A stretch of 64,000 nucleotides of DNA from Octopus vulgaris (GCA_951406725.2 OX597833.1:53940001-54004000); one strand, 5' to 3'. Positions 40,268-54,823 are shown, counted from the stretch's first letter. A program made the numbers and translations. Notes: generated from the sequence alone by a model not told the origin.

Positions 40268-40764
40268 GCAAGAAAGAGAGAGAGAGAGAAAAGATACACT
40301 GTGTATTGTAGTCCTAGATGTACAATGACTGAGAAAAAAAAATAGTCACAGCTGGAATTCTATTGATTATGTGTGTACTTGATCAACAATAACAATTCTA
40401 GATAAGGAAGGGAGACCTAATATGAGTTAGGGAGAGAAGAAAAAAGTCAGATATGATAAAAATCTTTATTCAGAACACTTGTCAATCTGGTAAATTGTCA
40501 ATATAAAAGTCTAGTCCTATATTTTAACTCATGAGCACCACCTTATGGCCAGGCGAAAAATTACTCGGAGGCCATCCGTATGAAAAATTGAATGGTTATG
40601 CTGTCTACTAATGTGTTTAATATTCAGTTAAATCTATATCTGTAGTGATGAGGAAAAAAAAATAATAAAACCAGAAAAATCAACCCAGATTATATTTATG
40701 CTTAATTCTGGTCAAGAAAGACAAGGGGAGACAACTTTTATCATCATCCTCCTTATCATCACAA

Positions 40765-40832
40765 ATGCTACCACCATCACCACGACCACCACTACCACCA
40801 CTACTACCAGCACCAGCACCACCACCACCAGC

Positions 40833-40863
<31 letters not shown>

Positions 40864-41185
40864 CCACCACCGCTGCCACCACCACCACCACCGCCGCCAC
40901 CGCCGCCGCCACCGCCGCCGCCACCAACCACCACCAGCACCACCAGCACCATCACCACCACCACCACCACCGCCGCCACCGCCGCCGCCACCGCCGCCGC
41001 CACCAACCACCACCAGCACCACCAGCACCATCACCACCGCCACCACCAACCACCACCAGCACCACCAGCACCACCTCCACCACTGCTGCTAACACCATCA
41101 GCAACGCTGCCGCAGTTGCTGCTACCTTTGCCACTGCCATTCCTGGCACCGCTGCTGCTGCCCCCCCCCCCCCCCACCACCATTG
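40765..41185. repeat. (CAC)n/(CGC)n compound microsatellite
   Basis: Direct inspection. Confidence 0.9.
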
Positions 41186-41429
41186 TCCTTATCATCATCA
41201 TTTCATGTCTGCTATCCATGCTGGTGAGGTGCAAGGATACTCACACACACAAACACACACACATATATAAATTTATATAAATAAGGATAAGATTGTTATT
41301 TAAATACCAATCTTATCAGGTGGCCAACATGGGAATAAGAACCTTCATAGGTAATAATTATTATTAAAATTATAATTTAGGGTATCTAAGAGATACCACC
41401 ACGCAGGAAATAGCAGCCAAAACTTGACA

Positions 41430-41765
41430 GTCAAGTTTTGGCCGCATGGCTGGAAAGTGCTGCCACACCCGCCATACTCTCTTGGTTTGGCACCAACGGA
41501 TTCCACCTCTTTCGATCTCTTTCAAATGCTATGCGTGGAGTTTCGTTCAATACTGATGCAGAATTGAGAGCTTGTTTGGATCAATTTTTCGAGTCAAAAT
41601 CAGGTGATTTCTACCAACAAGGTATTGAAAATCTTGTTGAACATTGGGAAGAAGTTGTAAACAACAAGGGTGAATACATTATTGATTATTTAGTTGTTAC
41701 TTTTCATTAAACCTTTTAAAAAATGTAAGTTTTAAAAAATGGCGGGAACTTAGTTGCCAACCCAA
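41430..41765 (+). mobile_element. mariner transposase 3' relic with right TIR
   Basis: WKVLPHPPYS / FHLFRSLSN...LDQFFESK...WEEVVNNKGEYI; ends gttgccaacccaa|TA. Confidence 0.9.
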
Positions 41766-42010
41766 TATATAGTCAATTCAAAGAACAAACAAATAAAAAA
41801 AAAAAGCAGAGAAAAAAAAGAGAAGAAAATGAATTTGAGGACGTGCATAAGCAACATATTAATTTGATGCTTGGTGAAAGGAGAGAGCTGTTAATGTTTT
41901 GAGCTTAGCTCTTTGTTGGAAGGAGGAAAGTCCAAAGAGAAAGAAGGAAAAAACAAGGAAAAATCGCCAACAATCCACACGCATTTACATTTCTGAAGTC
42001 TATATATATG

Positions 42011-42068
<58 letters not shown>

Positions 42069-42629
42069 AAGAACACTGGAGTCTGTTGAGATTTTCGATA
42101 AACAAGATTTTCTTTTTTGTACACAAAAAAACTATGATGACAATAACAATTATGATGATGATGATGATGATGATGATGTTGATGGTGGTGGTGGTGGTGG
42201 TGGTGATGATGGCAGTGGTGACGGTGGTGGTGGTGTTGGTGTTGGTCATTGATAAAATAAGTACTAGACTGAAATAAACATGTAAAGTAAAAAAGAGATG
42301 AAGGAAATAATAGCAAGAGAGGGAGAGAGAAAGAGAAAGAGCCGAGAAAGAGAGAGAAGAGAAGATTTATATAAACACATTCATGGTTATAAGCAGAGCC
42401 AGAGCTGCCTGAATCGATAGATTGCTTACCAAAGGGTCAACCATGGTGATGGTGATAGGGGGTGGTGGTCAGAATGTGACTAAATAGAAACCTTTAAGAG
42501 TTGTCTCTTAAAACAATGTCTGAAAACAGTAAAAGAATAATATCGACTAATTTGTCTTTTCCTCACTGCATAATTATTTCTAATTAACTTTGCATAAAAT
42601 ATGTTAACAAACTTAATTATGGTAAAATT

Positions 42630-42668
<39 letters not shown>

Positions 42669-42871
42669 GTATATATGTATATATGTATGTATGTATATAT
42701 ATGTATGTATGTATATATATAGACATACACATACATATATATATATATATATACATACACACACACACAAACATATATATATATTTACACACATATAAAA
42801 ATACATTTACATACAAACATACATACATGCATACATACATACATACATATATACATACATACATACATACA

Positions 42872-42909
<38 letters not shown>

Positions 42910-44632
42910 ATATATATATATATATACATATACACACAAACACACACACATATTTATGCACATATATATGTGTATGTATGAATATGTATATGTGTGTGTG
43001 TGTTTTAGAATGGGCAAAATTAAGAAAAAATACAAAATGAACAAGTTTTCACGGAAGTGTTATTAGACTCACACTTTTTAAGGAAAGGGAAAGTGTGTTA
43101 ATATTTTGGGTATTAGTCCTTCATCACTAAAATGGACAAGGAAGAAAGGTAGTGGCTCTCATGGCTTTTGATCTTAACTGATTGGAAGTGCTATCTTGCA
43201 TATGTTTTGTCTTGATATAAAAAATGGGCTACAGCAAATATTTTGCTCAATACCACAGAGTTGCTTGTCAGTTGCTTGACTTTAACCAACTGAGCATGTC
43301 CCTTAGTTGCTGATGATATGTGCATCTCTGATCATGAGCAGAAGTAGTTGGGGAGCATTATAGCCATGTGTTGAGAGAAATTCTTTGGGATTTAAATAAT
43401 TTACCTCTGGTTGTTTCGTTCATCATCCTTAAACAAACCTTATTCAGGGATCTTTTGAGTAGGATGGGCTACTCACCCTGAAGAAACGTAAGTAATGGTA
43501 GCCATGTCCAACTTACTGCTTTACCAGAACCAACCTGGAGAAGGAGCAACTGGTATTTCATACTTTATATAATGTACACATGTTTCAGTAAACTGATTAC
43601 TGTTATTCCATAAGTCTGTTGGTCCTAATATGAGATACAATCAATTCACCTCCTCGGCATTATAGTAAAAATAGAACATAAAGGAAACTCTGAGCACTCA
43701 CATAAATCAGTATGCAAATGAGGAAGCATGTGGTTATCAGAGTAGAATATAAGATGAAGGACATGTGAAGGTGAAAATGCAAGAGAGAGGTGCATTATGG
43801 GGGTACAGATATGAAGGTTAATAGGTCAATGTCTTCCCTCACTCACACTCAGGTTGGCCTGCATGCACTTACATACATTTGTATGTGCTATACAAGAATA
43901 TGTATGTATGTATGTATGTATGTGCTGTAAAGTGGTCTTTTGCCACTGATGTATCTGTCGTTCGATGACGGTTGTCACTCTGACAGATATTGTTATTTTG
44001 TTATATTGTCGAAATTGTTGATAGGATGGTTCTATTTGGCACTGTACGAACCCCACCAGTGATATAGTGTTATCATCCTCAAAAGGTTGGATTAATATAA
44101 CGTCCACTCAGTATCATAGTAGGATTACTATATCAGCACAGACACGACTATCAACACAATCTACACACACTCTTGACCTTCTGTCCACTGCTTAACTGGT
44201 CTATTTATAATGGCTGGCTACTGCCACTTTTTACCAGGAGGAGTGTACAGTTTCACCATGCGCCAGTGTGCATGGCCAAGTGGTTAAGGCATTATACTCA
44301 TGATTGCTAGACCACCATTTCAATTCCTAGACCATGTGGTGTGTTGTGTTCTTGAGCAAAGCACCTCATCTCACATTACTCTGCGATCACTTCGACACCT
44401 GACGCGTTGTACACAGTACACCTGTTCAGACAATCTCAATTTGATGGAGAGAGTGAGCTAACATGTAACATGAACATTTGATCACTATAAACAAATAACA
44501 AATCATTTGTGCTGGTCGATCAGCAAAAGTGGGAAGCTCATACGTCTTTGTCGACAGGAGAGATCACCATATGTATGTATATGTATTTATATACATACAT
44601 AATGCATGTATTTATATATGTGTGTGTGTGTG

Positions 44633-44741
<109 letters not shown>

Positions 44742-44749
44742 TATATTGT

Positions 44750-45000
44750 GGAGGCACATGGCTTAGTGGTTAGGGTGTCAGCATCATGATCGTAAGATTG
44801 TGGTTTCAATTCCTTGACAGGGTGACGCATCGTGTTCTTGAGCAAAACACTTCATTTCACGTTGCTCCAGTCCACTCAGCTGGTAAAAATGAGTAACACT
44901 GCGATGGACTGGCATCCCGTCCAGCTGGGGAACACATAAGCCATAGAAACCAGGAAACTGGGCCCATGAGCCTAGCTAGGCTTTAAAAGGGCACATTTAT
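44750..45000 (+). mobile_element. SINE family C, full length
   Basis: Reverse complement of 11112-11360. Confidence 0.85.
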
Positions 45001-45126
45001 TATTTTTATTATATATATATTCAATTAGAGGTTAAATTAGTCTCATTAAGGGATGGTATCATCCAATGAATTACTAATATAATACCTAATATTTGTTGTG
45101 AATAATAATATTATTCATAAAACAAT

Positions 45127-45172
<46 letters not shown>

Positions 45173-45729
45173 CATAGTTTGTAAACATTCAAAAGAAAGT
45201 TAGAAAATGGAGATATAACATTTAATAAAAATTTATTATCCACAAAATTTATTATATGTATGTATATGTGTGTGTGCATATATATAGGTATATATATATA
45301 TTTTTGTATACATGTATACACATTTACAAACTTGAATGAAACTTTAGCTATAACCTGAAGCATAGAACAGACATTTAGATTCAATTCCTTTCAGTATATT
45401 TTTTTTTTCCAAAATATTTTGATTTAAAATTTCAAATTGATGAAATAATTAAATAAATAATTAAACTGAAGAATTTTTTTTTTAAAACAAATTTTGCTGA
45501 AATTTAAATCTTAATCAATGAAAATTTCACTTTCTCTCAAATTTTTTTTATTTCATGTCAAATTTTCAAATTGACAGAGAGAACAGGAAAACAAACTTTG
45601 AGTGGAAAATTCTTCATACATAGAAGATTTTTATCACTTGAAGACAAAAAAAAATATGCTCACAAGTGGGAGCATTAGATTAAGAGCAATCCGAACGAGA
45701 GATATATTGATCCAATCAAAGGGCGTTAC

Positions 45730-45852
45730 CTGAAAATATTTTCAAGAAAAAGTAGCATTTTGTAAGTTGGTTTGCCTGCGATGGTTGTCTTGTGATTATT
45801 CCGGAGACATTATTCTTGTACCAAAGTTCTATTTCACTCAACGAGAACTGGT
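45730..45852 (-). CDS. Candidate exon (x)QFSLSEIELWYKNNVSGIITRQPSQANQLTKCYFFLKIFS(G)
   Basis: 123 nt open, phase 1-1, donor CAG|GTAACG; acceptor weak; an alternative parse is an exon at 45664-45729. Confidence 0.28.
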
Positions 45853-45944
45853 CTTAATTAATCATTTTCAATTACATATGAATTTCTCTCCTAATTGGAT
45901 TTCTGTTTATCTGCATGTGAATAATGTAAATAATTATGTGCAAG

Positions 45945-45978
<34 letters not shown>

Positions 45979-46251
45979 CATGCATGTATACATACACACA
46001 TACATGCATGTACATACATGCATGCATACATACATACATACATACATACATACATACATACATACACACACATGCATGCATACATACATGCATGCATACA
46101 TGCATACATGCATACATACATACATACATACATACATACATACATACATACATGCATACATATATATACATATGTATATAATATACATGTATATATGTGT
46201 GTACTTCTGTATGTGTGTATATGTGTGTGTGTACATGTATGCATGTGTGCA

Positions 46252-46293
<42 letters not shown>

Positions 46294-46490
46294 TGTATGT
46301 ATATTTATTATATATATTTCTTTATCTTACAGATATAACTATTTGTTCTCCAGTTATATTTAGCTCATACTGAGTCCACTTTGGATTTCTGGTCTCCTTG
46401 ATCTTTGATTCAAGAATTTTCCTATATTCCATACACACGCACACACAACACACGCACAACACACACACTCACTCACACATGCATACCTAC

Positions 46491-46521
<31 letters not shown>

Positions 46522-46814
46522 CGTACGTACGTACATACATACATACATACATAGATACATACATACATACGTACATAAATACATACATACATACGTACTA
46601 TGTACATACATACATACATACATATATACACACATATATATATATATATATGGTTGTATACTGTCAATCTAACAAAAACGTGACAGTAGGGGGTACACCA
46701 CCGCTGTATAGCCCTAGGAAGCATCAAACGCCTCCTGATGGCTTTGAAACATTTTTCCCTGTGTGCTTATATACATATAGCTAATCACATATACATTATA
46801 TATATATATATATA

Positions 46815-47198
46815 TTGGCCCCCGTGCCGGTGACACGTAAAAGCACCATCCATTTCGTGGCCGTTTGCCAGCTCTGTCTGGCCCCCGTGTTGGTGGCACA
46901 TAAAAGCACCATCCGTTCGTGTCCGTTGCCAGCCTCGCTTGGCCCCGTGCCTGTGACACGTAAGAGCACCATCCGTTCGTGGCCGTCTGCCAGCTCTGTC
47001 TGGCACCTGTGCGGGTGGCACGTAAAAAGCACCCACTACACTCACGGAGTGGTTGGCGTTAGGAAGGGCGTCCAGCCGTAGAAACACTGCCAGATCTGAC
47101 TGGGCCTGATGAAGCCTTCCAGCTTCACAGACCCCAGTTGAACCGTCCAACCCATGCTAGCATGGAGAACGGACGCTAAATGATGATGATGATGATGA

Positions 47199-47200
<2 letters not shown>
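46815..47200 (+). mobile_element. SINE-like family D
   Basis: Near-identical architecture to 29265-29635. Confidence 0.85.
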
Positions 47201-47276
<76 letters not shown>

Positions 47277-47440
47277 ATCCCTGCTGTACTCTTTCACCAC
47301 TCCTTCTCTCACTCTTTCTTCTGTTGGCCTGCTCGCTTAGCCAGCGGGGTGGCGGCGTCCGAAGGCTAAAACAATGCAAACGCATTGTGACCAGCGATGT
47401 GTAGCAACATCTGATTGTCTGGTCGGTCACGGTGATCACG

Positions 47441-47491
<51 letters not shown>

Positions 47492-48197
47492 ATATATATA
47501 TAAATATATATACATTTACTTTGTGTAAGTGTGTGTGTCTGTGTACATATATCTGAGGCAGAACATGCTTATAATTGGCTTTAATTTTCATTTCTTTCAT
47601 ATGTGTATATGTTTACATGTGTTTACTCAAGATATTTGCACTAGCAATATCTTTATCCTCACTGCTGTACACTCTCACCCTCAACATCATCATCGTCTTC
47701 ATCATTCTTTGACGTCCACTTTTCCATGCTTGCATAGGTCAGATGAAATTTACAGAGGCAGATTTTCTAGTCGGATGCCTTTAACTATTTAACGATTAAG
47801 GCAGCCTTTAACTAACACTCCAGCATGGCCACAGTCAAATGACTGAAACAAGTCTAAGAAAAAGCAATAAAAGAAAGATTATATATATAGAAATAATTAA
47901 GATTCAGTTGAATTTGGTACTGAAGTTGAGGCACCAAGTCAGTCTGGTATGGTCCGCACATCTCAAAGTGAATAAAAAGCAAATAAGTAACAAGCATGTC
48001 CAGGTGTCAGTGCATTACAACCGTTTCAAGCAACTCCATTTAATCAATCAATGCAAACATTACATCAATTTGAAATAAGCTGCTCTCCTCAGAGGCGTAA
48101 GACCACATAGATTTCCTACATACAAGATACTCCATTATAATTGTTTAGCAAATTTTTCATCAGTGCTAGAAACTAAAATAATTACATTGCTTTTGTT

Positions 48198-48590
48198 AGC
48201 TGGCAGAAACGTTAGCACCCTGGGTGAAATGTTTAGTGGTATTTCGTCTGCCGTAACATTCTGAGTTCAAATTCTGCCGAGGTTGACTTTGCTTTTCATC
48301 CTTTCGGGGTCGATTAAATAAGTATCAGTTACACACTGGGGTCAATATAATTGACTTAATCTGTCTGTCTGTTCTTGTTTGTCTCCTCTGTGTTTAGCCC
48401 CTTCTGGGTTGTAAAGAAATAGGTATTTTGTCTGCTTTTCTGTTCTGAGTTCAAATTCCACGGATATCCACTTTGCCTTTTATCCTTTCGGGGTTGATAA
48501 ATTAAATACCAATTGCGTACTGGGTCGATCTAATCGACTATCCCCCTTCCTCAAAATTTTGGGCCTTGTGCCTAGAGTAGAAAAGAAGGA
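48198..48590 (+). mobile_element. SINE family B, dimeric
   Basis: Two B bodies in tandem. Confidence 0.8.
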
Positions 48591-48739
48591 ATTCATGGAA
48601 AAAACATCTAAAGCCTACTATAATTTAGAACAGTAGAAGAAAATAATAGGGATCAAGAAAGAGGAATGGTGATAGAGCTACCCTCATCTTTATCCTCATC
48701 ACATTCAAAAGACCCAATGCAGCAAGTGGTCTACATCCC

Positions 48740-48775
<36 letters not shown>

Positions 48776-48818
48776 CAATAATTCATCATTAATAAACAAT
48801 GTTTTTACTATGCATATA

Positions 48819-49360
48819 TTGGGTTGTCCGGAAAATGAATGCCTATTTTTAAAAGAAAGAAAAAGGTCAATAAATACTTGCCATTACATTTTTAATCAAC
48901 CAAATATAAACCATTTTGTTGCACAATGCGTCTTCATCTTTCCTTTAACTTGAAACTACCCTCTTCCCAGAATTGAGGTGGTTTCATGGCAAAGAATTCA
49001 TCAAGGTATCTTTTTACGTCATCCAAGGAATTGAAATTTTTACCATTAAGACTATTCTGCAGAGACCTGAATAAGTGGAAATCCGAAGGAGCAATATCTG
49101 GGGAATATGGAAGGTGCAGCAATTTTTGTCTGGTTCCCAAAGCATCAAGTGCCGAAAATGAACTTTCTTATCTTCCATTTTAAAGGGTTACAGAATTAAA
49201 ACAGGTTATAGGAACATAAACCTTCTTCCACGAAAAGATAGCTTAAACTGTGCTCTAAATGGAGGTGTAGTCAAATCCTATTTTATGGACTCAACCATGT
49301 TCTAAAATAAGTCGAAAGGTAAGCTACTATAAATTGGCACGAACTTTGCGGACAGCCCAA
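48819..49360 (-). mobile_element. Internally deleted mariner element
   Basis: Imperfect ~30-bp TIRs (ttgggttgtccgg / gcggacagcccaa) flanked by TA; ORF remnant LPYSPDIAPSDFHLFRSLQNSL. Confidence 0.92.
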
Positions 49361-49567
49361 TACATACATAATTTGGATAACAGAAGCGAACGTTATTCTA
49401 CACTTCTACTCACTAAACTTCTGTGTTTCGTAGAGATTATTATCTTTATTTGTGTTTGTGAGCTGATTTTTATGCTGTCATAATCGAGTCACACAGGGGA
49501 AGCAAAGTTCACTCTTTCTCTCTTGCCTTGATGACGAATGGACAAGATGATGTAGCTACGTGCTTTG

Positions 49568-50180
49568 TGACACACACAGACACATAACACAATACATGCA
49601 TGCACACACATACACATGCACGCACACACACATACACGCATACACACACACATACATTCACACTCATACAAGTGCATGCACACACACATACACGCATACA
49701 CACACACATACACACACATGCACACACATACATAAGCACACGCACGCATACATAAAAACATGCACACACACACGCGCACATGCACACAGACATACATATA
49801 CACACACACACGCACACATACACACACATACACACTCATACATGTGCATACACACACTTCATATCCACACATACATATAAGCACACATACACACATGTGT
49901 ACACAGACACATACACACATACATGCACACACACACACATGCACAAACATACACGCATGCACACACACATACACACATACGCACACATACTCATGCACAC
50001 ACACATACACACTCGTACACATGCACACACAGAGACTTGCACGCACACGCATACATGCACACATACAAACACACACACACACGCACACATGCACACACAC
50101 ACTCACACACGCACACACATACGCACACACACACACACACTCATTCACTCATGCATAAAAACACACACACACACACACAC
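49568..50180. repeat. Degenerate (CA)n tract
   Basis: Direct inspection. Confidence 0.95.
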
Positions 50181-50651
50181 TCTGAAGCAATTTAATTCAT
50201 GCTTCAGAAAAAACCAATGCCTTGGTTCCTGAGTGCAAAATATTTAAAATTACTTTCAATTTTTGTCTCTCTTTCTGTTTTCTACATTTATATATTTTTA
50301 TATATGGTTTAGGAAATTCATTCATTTGTAATGGCACCATTTTCAATGTTATGCACTCTCTCTCTCTCTGTCTCTCTCTTTCTTTCACTCTCTCTGTCTC
50401 TCTCTTTCTTTCTCTTTCTCTCTCTCTCTCTCATATAGTAATTGATATTTGCTATGAGATGAGTTTTGATTTGTCTTTTGAGAATTCAGTTTTATAATAT
50501 TTATAGATAGGTGTGTGTGCATGTGCGTGTGTGTGTGAGTGTGTGTGTGTGCATATGTGAGTGTGCGTATGTGCATGTGTGTGTTCATATACATGTATGT
50601 GTGCATATATCTATCTATCTATATATCTATCTATCTATCTATCTATCTATA

Positions 50652-50690
<39 letters not shown>

Positions 50691-50761
50691 TCACGTGCGT
50701 GCACACACACACACATATGTATGTGTATATTTGTATGTATATATATATATATATATATGTA

Positions 50762-50829
<68 letters not shown>

Positions 50830-51658
50830 TACTTCAATTAGGTACTTAAATTGAAGCACCAAGCCAGTTTGGTATAGTCCGTGCACATATATATATATTT
50901 ACACACATACACACACACACACATACATGATGATGATGATCATCATCACATCCATTTTCCTTTTTGCCGTGCTGGTATGGATTAGACATTTTAACAAGAG
51001 CTGGCTAGTCAGAGAGCTGCACCAGGCTCCAGTTGTATATTTTGCCATGGTTTCTACAGCTGGATGCCCTTCATAATGCCAACCACTTTACAGAGTATAC
51101 TGAGTGTTTTTTACTTGGCAGAAGCAGCAATGCTTTGTGTGTGACACTGAAATAGGTGCTTAACTCATAGCATCAGCACAGGTGCTTTCTACACGGCACC
51201 AGCACAGGTGGTTTTTTATGTAGCACAAGTAGAAATTGATATTAATCAATTAAAACCAATGGCTTAGCTTGTTTTTAAAAAATCCGAAGGTTAAAAATTG
51301 TTTTACATACAAAATTTAGAGGACTGACCACTGAAAGTGGACAGCCTATATGCTAAACATAGATGTCTAATCGCCATTACCACGAAGAATGTGTTCTCAA
51401 GAAAAATCTCGGCAAAAAACCAAAATGTAAAAATAATATCAATTTCTACCCTTATTTAATTTTAAATAAAAAATGTTCTCCAACTGGTAAATTGACTGCT
51501 GTAGTTTATTAACTGCAGAGTAGTTTCCGATCTCAGTGCGCCAAAGTGAAGAAATTTAAAAGATAAACCTAAATATAATTTCTAGAACTTTATACATGCT
51601 GGATTTCGGTTGAGTGTTCTGTATCATGTTCTAGAAATTGTGTTTTATAAACGACAGA

Positions 51659-51731
51659 CTATGCTGATGATCTTGCAGATGTTTGCATGTCCATATATGT
51701 AAATATTAACAAGTGAAACCAATGGTACATA
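51659..51731 (+). ncRNA. Type I hammerhead ribozyme
   Basis: tatg CTGATGA [stem II cttg..atgtttgcat/atgtaaatat..caag] GAAA cca a tgg TA cata; intact core, predicted cleavage after GUA at 51727. Confidence 0.7.
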
Positions 51732-51952
51732 CTCTTACTCTTTTACTATTTTACTTGTTTCAGTCATTTGACTGCAGCCATGCTGGAGCACCGCCTTTAG
51801 TCAAGCAAATTGACCCCGGGACTTATTCTTTGTAAGCCCAGTACTTATTCTATCGGTCTCTTTTGCCGAACTGCTAAGTGACGGGGATGTAAACACACCA
51901 GCATCGGTTGTCAAGCAATGGTAGGGGGAGAAACACAGACACACAAACACAG

Positions 51953-52005
<53 letters not shown>

Positions 52006-52122
52006 TATATACGACAGGCTTCTTTCAGTTTCCGTCTACCAAATCCACTCACAAGGCATTGGTCGGCCCGGGGCTATAGCAGAAGACACTTGCCCAAGAT
52101 GCCACGCAGTGGGGAACTGAAC
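51732..52122 (-). mobile_element. 5'-truncated SINE A flanked by a 46-bp duplication
   Basis: 51686-51731 and 52123-52168 differ at 2 positions. Confidence 0.9.
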
Positions 52123-52965
52123 CATGTCCATGTACGTAAATATTAACAAGTGAAACCAATGGTACATAGGTAATCGCTTTTTATTTCGTATATTTTCATT
52201 TGTCTTGCTTATTTTCACATTTTGGTTTTTCACTGAGATTTTTCTTGAGAACACGTTCTTCTTGGTAATGGCGATTTGACGTCTATGTTTAGCATATAGG
52301 CTGTCCACTTTTAGTGGTCAGTCCTCTAAATTTTGTATGTAAAACAATTTTTAATCTTTGGATTTTTTAAAGATAAGCTAAGCCACTGGTTTTAATTGAT
52401 TAATATCAATTTCTACCCTTATTTAATTCTATATATCATCATCATCATCATCATTGTTTAGCGTCCGCTTTCCATGCTGGCATGGGTTGGACGGTTCAAC
52501 TGGGGTCTGGGAAGCCAGAAGGCTGCAACAGGCCCAGTCTGATCTGGCAATGTTTCTACGGCTGGATGCCCTTCCTAACGCCAACCACTCCATGAGTGTA
52601 GTGGGTGCTTTTTATGTGCCACTGGCACAGGTGCCAGGCGAGGCTGGCAACGACCACGATCGGATGGTGCTTTTTACGTGCCACTGGCACTGGTATCACA
52701 GCTACAATTTCCATTGATGTTGATCGATTATATATATATATATATTATAATATATTATTATTAATATCAGGAATTCAATATTAGAAAATTCTTCAGAAAA
52801 ATATATACGTGTGCAAAATAATTGTTGTATTAAAAATATAAATATATATAAATATATATGTAAATATGTATAAGTATAAATATATGATATATATATAACA
52901 GCTTAAAAGTTTTGAATTATGTTTTTAAAGCATCTTACTATCATTTCACGGAAGTGCTTTCCCTA

Positions 52966-53586
52966 TAATGGAATCCTATATTGATAAACATTTATAGACA
53001 ACTCTTCTGCTCTTCAGAGATATAAAATTTGAAATTTGTATAATTTATCGAATGGTAGTTTTTTAAAAAATATGAAGTAATATGATAAAATGGTGTTTGT
53101 TTGAAATATAAATTATAAATTAAAAATTACTGCTTTTGATTTTGTTAAGTACACTTTTGCATGAGAGTCTTTAAATCCATATATGCTTCCTTGGTAATTC
53201 TTCTGAAATAATCCACAATAGTTATGTGTAAAATCCATTATATTGTCCTGTATTCCAAATATAGTCCACAGACTTAGATAATATAGAATAATGGAATCCT
53301 ACATTGATAAGCATTTATAGATAACTCTTCTGCTCCTCAGAAATATCAAATGTGAAATTTGTATAAGTTAACGAATGGTAGTTTTTTAAAAAAATTATGA
53401 AGTAATATGGGAAAATGGTGCTTGTTTGAAATACAAATTAAAAATTACTGCTTTTGATTTTGGTAAGTATACTTTAGTAAGAGAATCTTGAAATTCATAT
53501 ATGCCTCCTTGGTAATTCTTCTGTAGTAATCCATAATAATTATGTATAAAATCCATTATATTGTCCTGTATTCCAAATATAGTTCA
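52966..53586. repeat. ~323-bp tandem duplication followed by an inverted segment to 53657
   Basis: taatggaatccta at 52966 and 53289. Confidence 0.9.
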
Positions 53587-53730
53587 AATATAAGATTCCA
53601 TTATTCTATATTATCTAACTCCATGAACTATATTTGGAATACAGGGCAATATAATGGCACGAGAACACTTGCTCATACAAGCATCCACAAAAATGTGAGC
53701 ATATGCACACATGAGGTTTGGTGCACTCAC

Positions 53731-53807
53731 AATCACAAAGAGAGTTAACTAATCTATTTGGTGTTTGTAAGAATGGGAAGGTTGACAGTGAACTTAAGTC
53801 ATCCATA
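53731..53807 (-). CDS. Candidate exon MDDLSSLSTFPFLQTPNRLVNSLCD (internal, phase 2-1)
   Basis: Acceptor atttactttaaag, donor GTGAGT; joins in frame to 54775-54823. Confidence 0.35.
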
Positions 53808-53943
53808 CTTTAAAGTAAATTAAATTATGTTAATGGTTACTCAAAGTTCATTCCCACTTCATTGTGCGAAAGTACATTTATACGCATATGGGCATCTCAA
53901 GAATCTTTCAGAGAGTCTATCAATGATCTCCTCGTTAGTCCAC

Positions 53944-54337
<394 letters not shown>

Positions 54338-54340
<3 letters not shown>

Positions 54341-54560
54341 GGAGCAGGAGTGAAGAACAGCTCTTTCGAGAGGTTACACTTTCTGCTTATGATGTTGTGA
54401 GCAAGAATGAGATCACCATGGCGTCGTCGTTTTTCTAGAGAATAAAGGTCGAGCATCTTCAGCCTTTCTTCATAAGACAAATGCTTGAGACCAAGAACCA
54501 TGTAGGTAGCCAACTTCAGGACTCTTTCGAGATGATGTATGTCTTTGAGGATGTGTAGAT
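54338..54560 (-). mobile_element. CR1-like LINE fragment, same family as 11540-12000
   Basis: DIHHLERVLKLATYMVLGLKHLSYEERLKMLDLYSLEKRR. Confidence 0.85.
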
Positions 54561-54774
54561 GAAACAGGGACAACTGAAAAAGGGGAATATTCTTCATGTT
54601 GTACATGTCTCATTGCTCTGTTTCTTTTTCGTTGTTTGGAAAAAGAGTTCATTTCTATGTTTTTGTTTTTATGTTTTCGTTTCTCATTGTGTTCAACATT
54701 TTTTTGAAGTGTTGCACCATAAAATACTCTTTTGTTTGCCATGATGCTATGGAAAAAGTTCAAAGAGAAATTAC

Positions 54775-54823
54775 TTGAGTTGTGTTGATGTTGTTAAATC
54801 CTTATTCCATAAAAAAACTTGTC
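54775..54823 (-). CDS. Candidate exon (G)QVFLWNKDLTTSTQL(N)
   Basis: Acceptor tttatccttacag, donor GTAATT, phase 1-2. Confidence 0.3.

Larger units (their letters stand above)
51229..52428 (+). mobile_element. Hammerhead-bearing element with ~208-bp inverted arms (Penelope pLTR/retrozyme-like), interrupted by a SINE A
   Basis: Arms 51229-51436 and 52209-52416; 25-bp direct repeat at 51437 and 52404. Confidence 0.7.

Noticed and set aside
51660-51677. YADDLA reading suggesting an RT fragment
   Set aside because: No flanking RT similarity; better explained by the hammerhead CTGATGA core
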